A stretch of DNA of 64,000 nucleotides from Tubiluchus corallicola (taxonomy: Eukaryota > Animalia > Priapulida): contig JAQGDQ010000054.1 of NCBI GenBank assembly GCA_030141605.1, positions 62,001 to 126,000 of the forward strand, in the 5' to 3' direction. Made by a program: the position numbers and the translations under genes. This document shows positions 62,118-64,000 of this stretch, piece by piece (position 1 is the first letter of the stretch; the number at the start of each line of letters is the position of its first letter). The notes below the pieces were generated by a model. That model saw only the letters and a list, made by a program, of their open reading frames with translations, did no database searches and had not been told where the DNA came from.

Positions 62118-63943
62118 TTATCCCTCTGAATGTTGATCTTCTCCTGTATCACTGGGAATTGGTGTACGGTTGTCAGAAAATAAAGGATTTTTTACTTCCA
62201 TTTCACAAGTCTGCAACAAAAAGCATAAAATTATAAGAAAAAATAACCAACATACAAAACTGAATCACAAAAGTAACAAACTAATGAGTTTGCCTTATTA
62301 CGCTGCACTTATAGTTTTATAATGCTCAAATACTACATAGATAAATATTAAATAAATAAAAGAAACTGATGTTCTGTTTACTTCTTGGTCAAAATTATGT
62401 CCAAGCTAGAATAAGTAAACAAACTACATACCGGTGCTAGACCTGGGCATTCGTAAACAGTATAATCTCCTTCTTCATTTTCTTCGTCACTTTCTTCATC
62501 ACTGGCATTGTCCTTCATCTCATTGCTCGCCCTGCAAATAAAGCAAATAGGCATGACTGAGAACTGTAACATGTACACAGTTGCTTTACAAATATTTGTG
62601 CAACATTGCATTTCACAACATAAAGAACAAACTCAGTGATCAGCCGATCATGTAAACCTAAAAAATCTTGCAATGAGATTTTTTTGTTTATTGTTCATGT
62701 TTATAAGCTTATTGTACCTAGATTGCTAGGCAAACTAGGAAATGTATCGTTTTACAATCAAAAGTAGTTGTAAACATTCTAATGCATTTATTAGTTAAGC
62801 ACAAAATAGAGTTTAAGAAATATAATATATAAGTAGAAAGGCAAAACGTAAACGACTTGATAAACTGTCCACAAATTACTGACGAACTTAATGAACTGAC
62901 GAATTATATTTAGCAAAAATAAAATTTGAAAATGACTGTGATAAAAAATCATCCTTTTGTGAAACACATGTTGTCCTTGATCTCTAAAAATCCAAGCATC
63001 TATTTTTGTTAAAATCTTTGTAATTAAAAACTTTTTATAACATTTCAGGTAAATCAATAAGAGTGATGCAAAATGCTATTATGAGTTGTGAAAATTTTAA
63101 CGAAATTTTTGAAAAAATAGTGTTTTATCTGCTAAACCAAGCTTACTTTTCCATTGCTATCATCTGTTGTTTTTGGTGTTGATAGTGGTACATCTGTGCA
63201 CTGGCTGCAAGTTTCCTGTCGCCACCAGTTTGCTTGGCATCTTTATTAGGTCCTGTAACACCATATGCTGGGTATTCGACATCTGATGCAGCTTTCACAT
63301 TCTTTTGCAACCTGTAGAAAACAAAACAAGATCAAATTGTTGTAAGCAGAACCAATCAAAATTCATTCATTAAAGAGTCACTAGTGATTAGGAAAGTTAA
63401 CCTACCTGTACCAACAATAGCCTGCTCCTACCAGCCCCGCAATAGCTGCCACACTGCACACTGCAACAATCACTGCAAATACAGAAAGATAATGTAAATT
63501 GACAACGAACCATTTTAGGTTTTTAACAATGATAAGTAAACATCCCATTACAAATTAATCTTTCATGCTTTAATTTTCTTTCTACAATTTCAGAACTTAC
63601 TTATAAGCTACCAACAAAACAGAAAAAAACTGTTTTAACAAGTGTCAGTATGAAATATAAATTGCACAATACGTACAAATAAAAACAAGTTGGTCAAAAT
63701 GGCCATGCAGATTTTGGGTTCCAGGTTTTTGTAAGTCTTGGTATTGTCTAGCTGGTGTCGGCATTGGCTCGTGAGTGTGACCTTCATGTATGTCATTCTG
63801 AGTCTCTGAATTTTCATCTGGTTTCACGTAATCATTAGCAATTGGTTTTTCAACATTCACAGTCTCTTGAGGTTCTTTCACTTCGTAATTTGCTTCAGCT
63901 ACGTCACTGTTAGTTTCTTTTAAGTTATCGAGTTTGTTGCTTT
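62118..63943 (-). CDS. NPDC1: Neural proliferation differentiation and control protein 1 (NPDC1 / CAB-1-like); 5' end lies outside the window
   Basis: Exons 63943-63677, 63472-63406 (TM helix IVAVCSVAAIAGLVGAGYCWY), 63311-63147 (YPAYGVTGP..GDRKLAASAQMYHYQHQKQQMIAME), 62531-62432 (acidic run plus DYTVYECPGLAP) and 62210-62118 (TCEMEVKNPLF..TAA). These are the signature motifs of the NPDC1 family. Confidence 0.93.
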
Positions 63944-64000
63944 CTAAGATAAAGAGAAGAAAAATATAAGTAATTACAACTTCATAAGCAAAATGCATGT

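Noticed and set aside
1-64000. CRISPR arrays, operons, rRNA or prokaryotic defence systems
   Set aside because: The sequence is spliceosomal-intron-containing animal DNA; no repeat-spacer array or rRNA-like segment was seen.

Overview
AT-rich, intron-rich eukaryotic DNA, almost certainly from an invertebrate animal; the species cannot be determined from the sequence. Hand-splicing with consistent intron phases gives four protein-coding genes. (1) The 3' part of a polycystin-1-family gene (GPS, PLAT, 11-TM type; +, 19-19198, 23 exons visible). (2) A complete ANKIB1 RBR E3 ligase (-, 37047-22490, 24 coding exons, about 1512 aa). (3) A complete QTRT2, the tRNA-guanine transglycosylase accessory subunit (+, 48612-57440, 10 coding exons, about 422 aa). 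(4) The 3' part of an NPDC1/CAB-1-like membrane protein (-, 63943-62118). Non-coding space holds a decayed CR1/L2-type LINE interrupted by a young DD35D pogo element, an RTE LINE fragment, a PHD-finger remnant, several MITEs, a tRNA-derived SINE and microsatellites. The most notable signals are a U12-type intron in QTRT2, two well-supported and one probable GC-AG introns, a PKD1-type GPS on a PKD1L2-like body, and extra modules in the ANKIB1 tail. I found no convincing evidence for a wholly new biological system.
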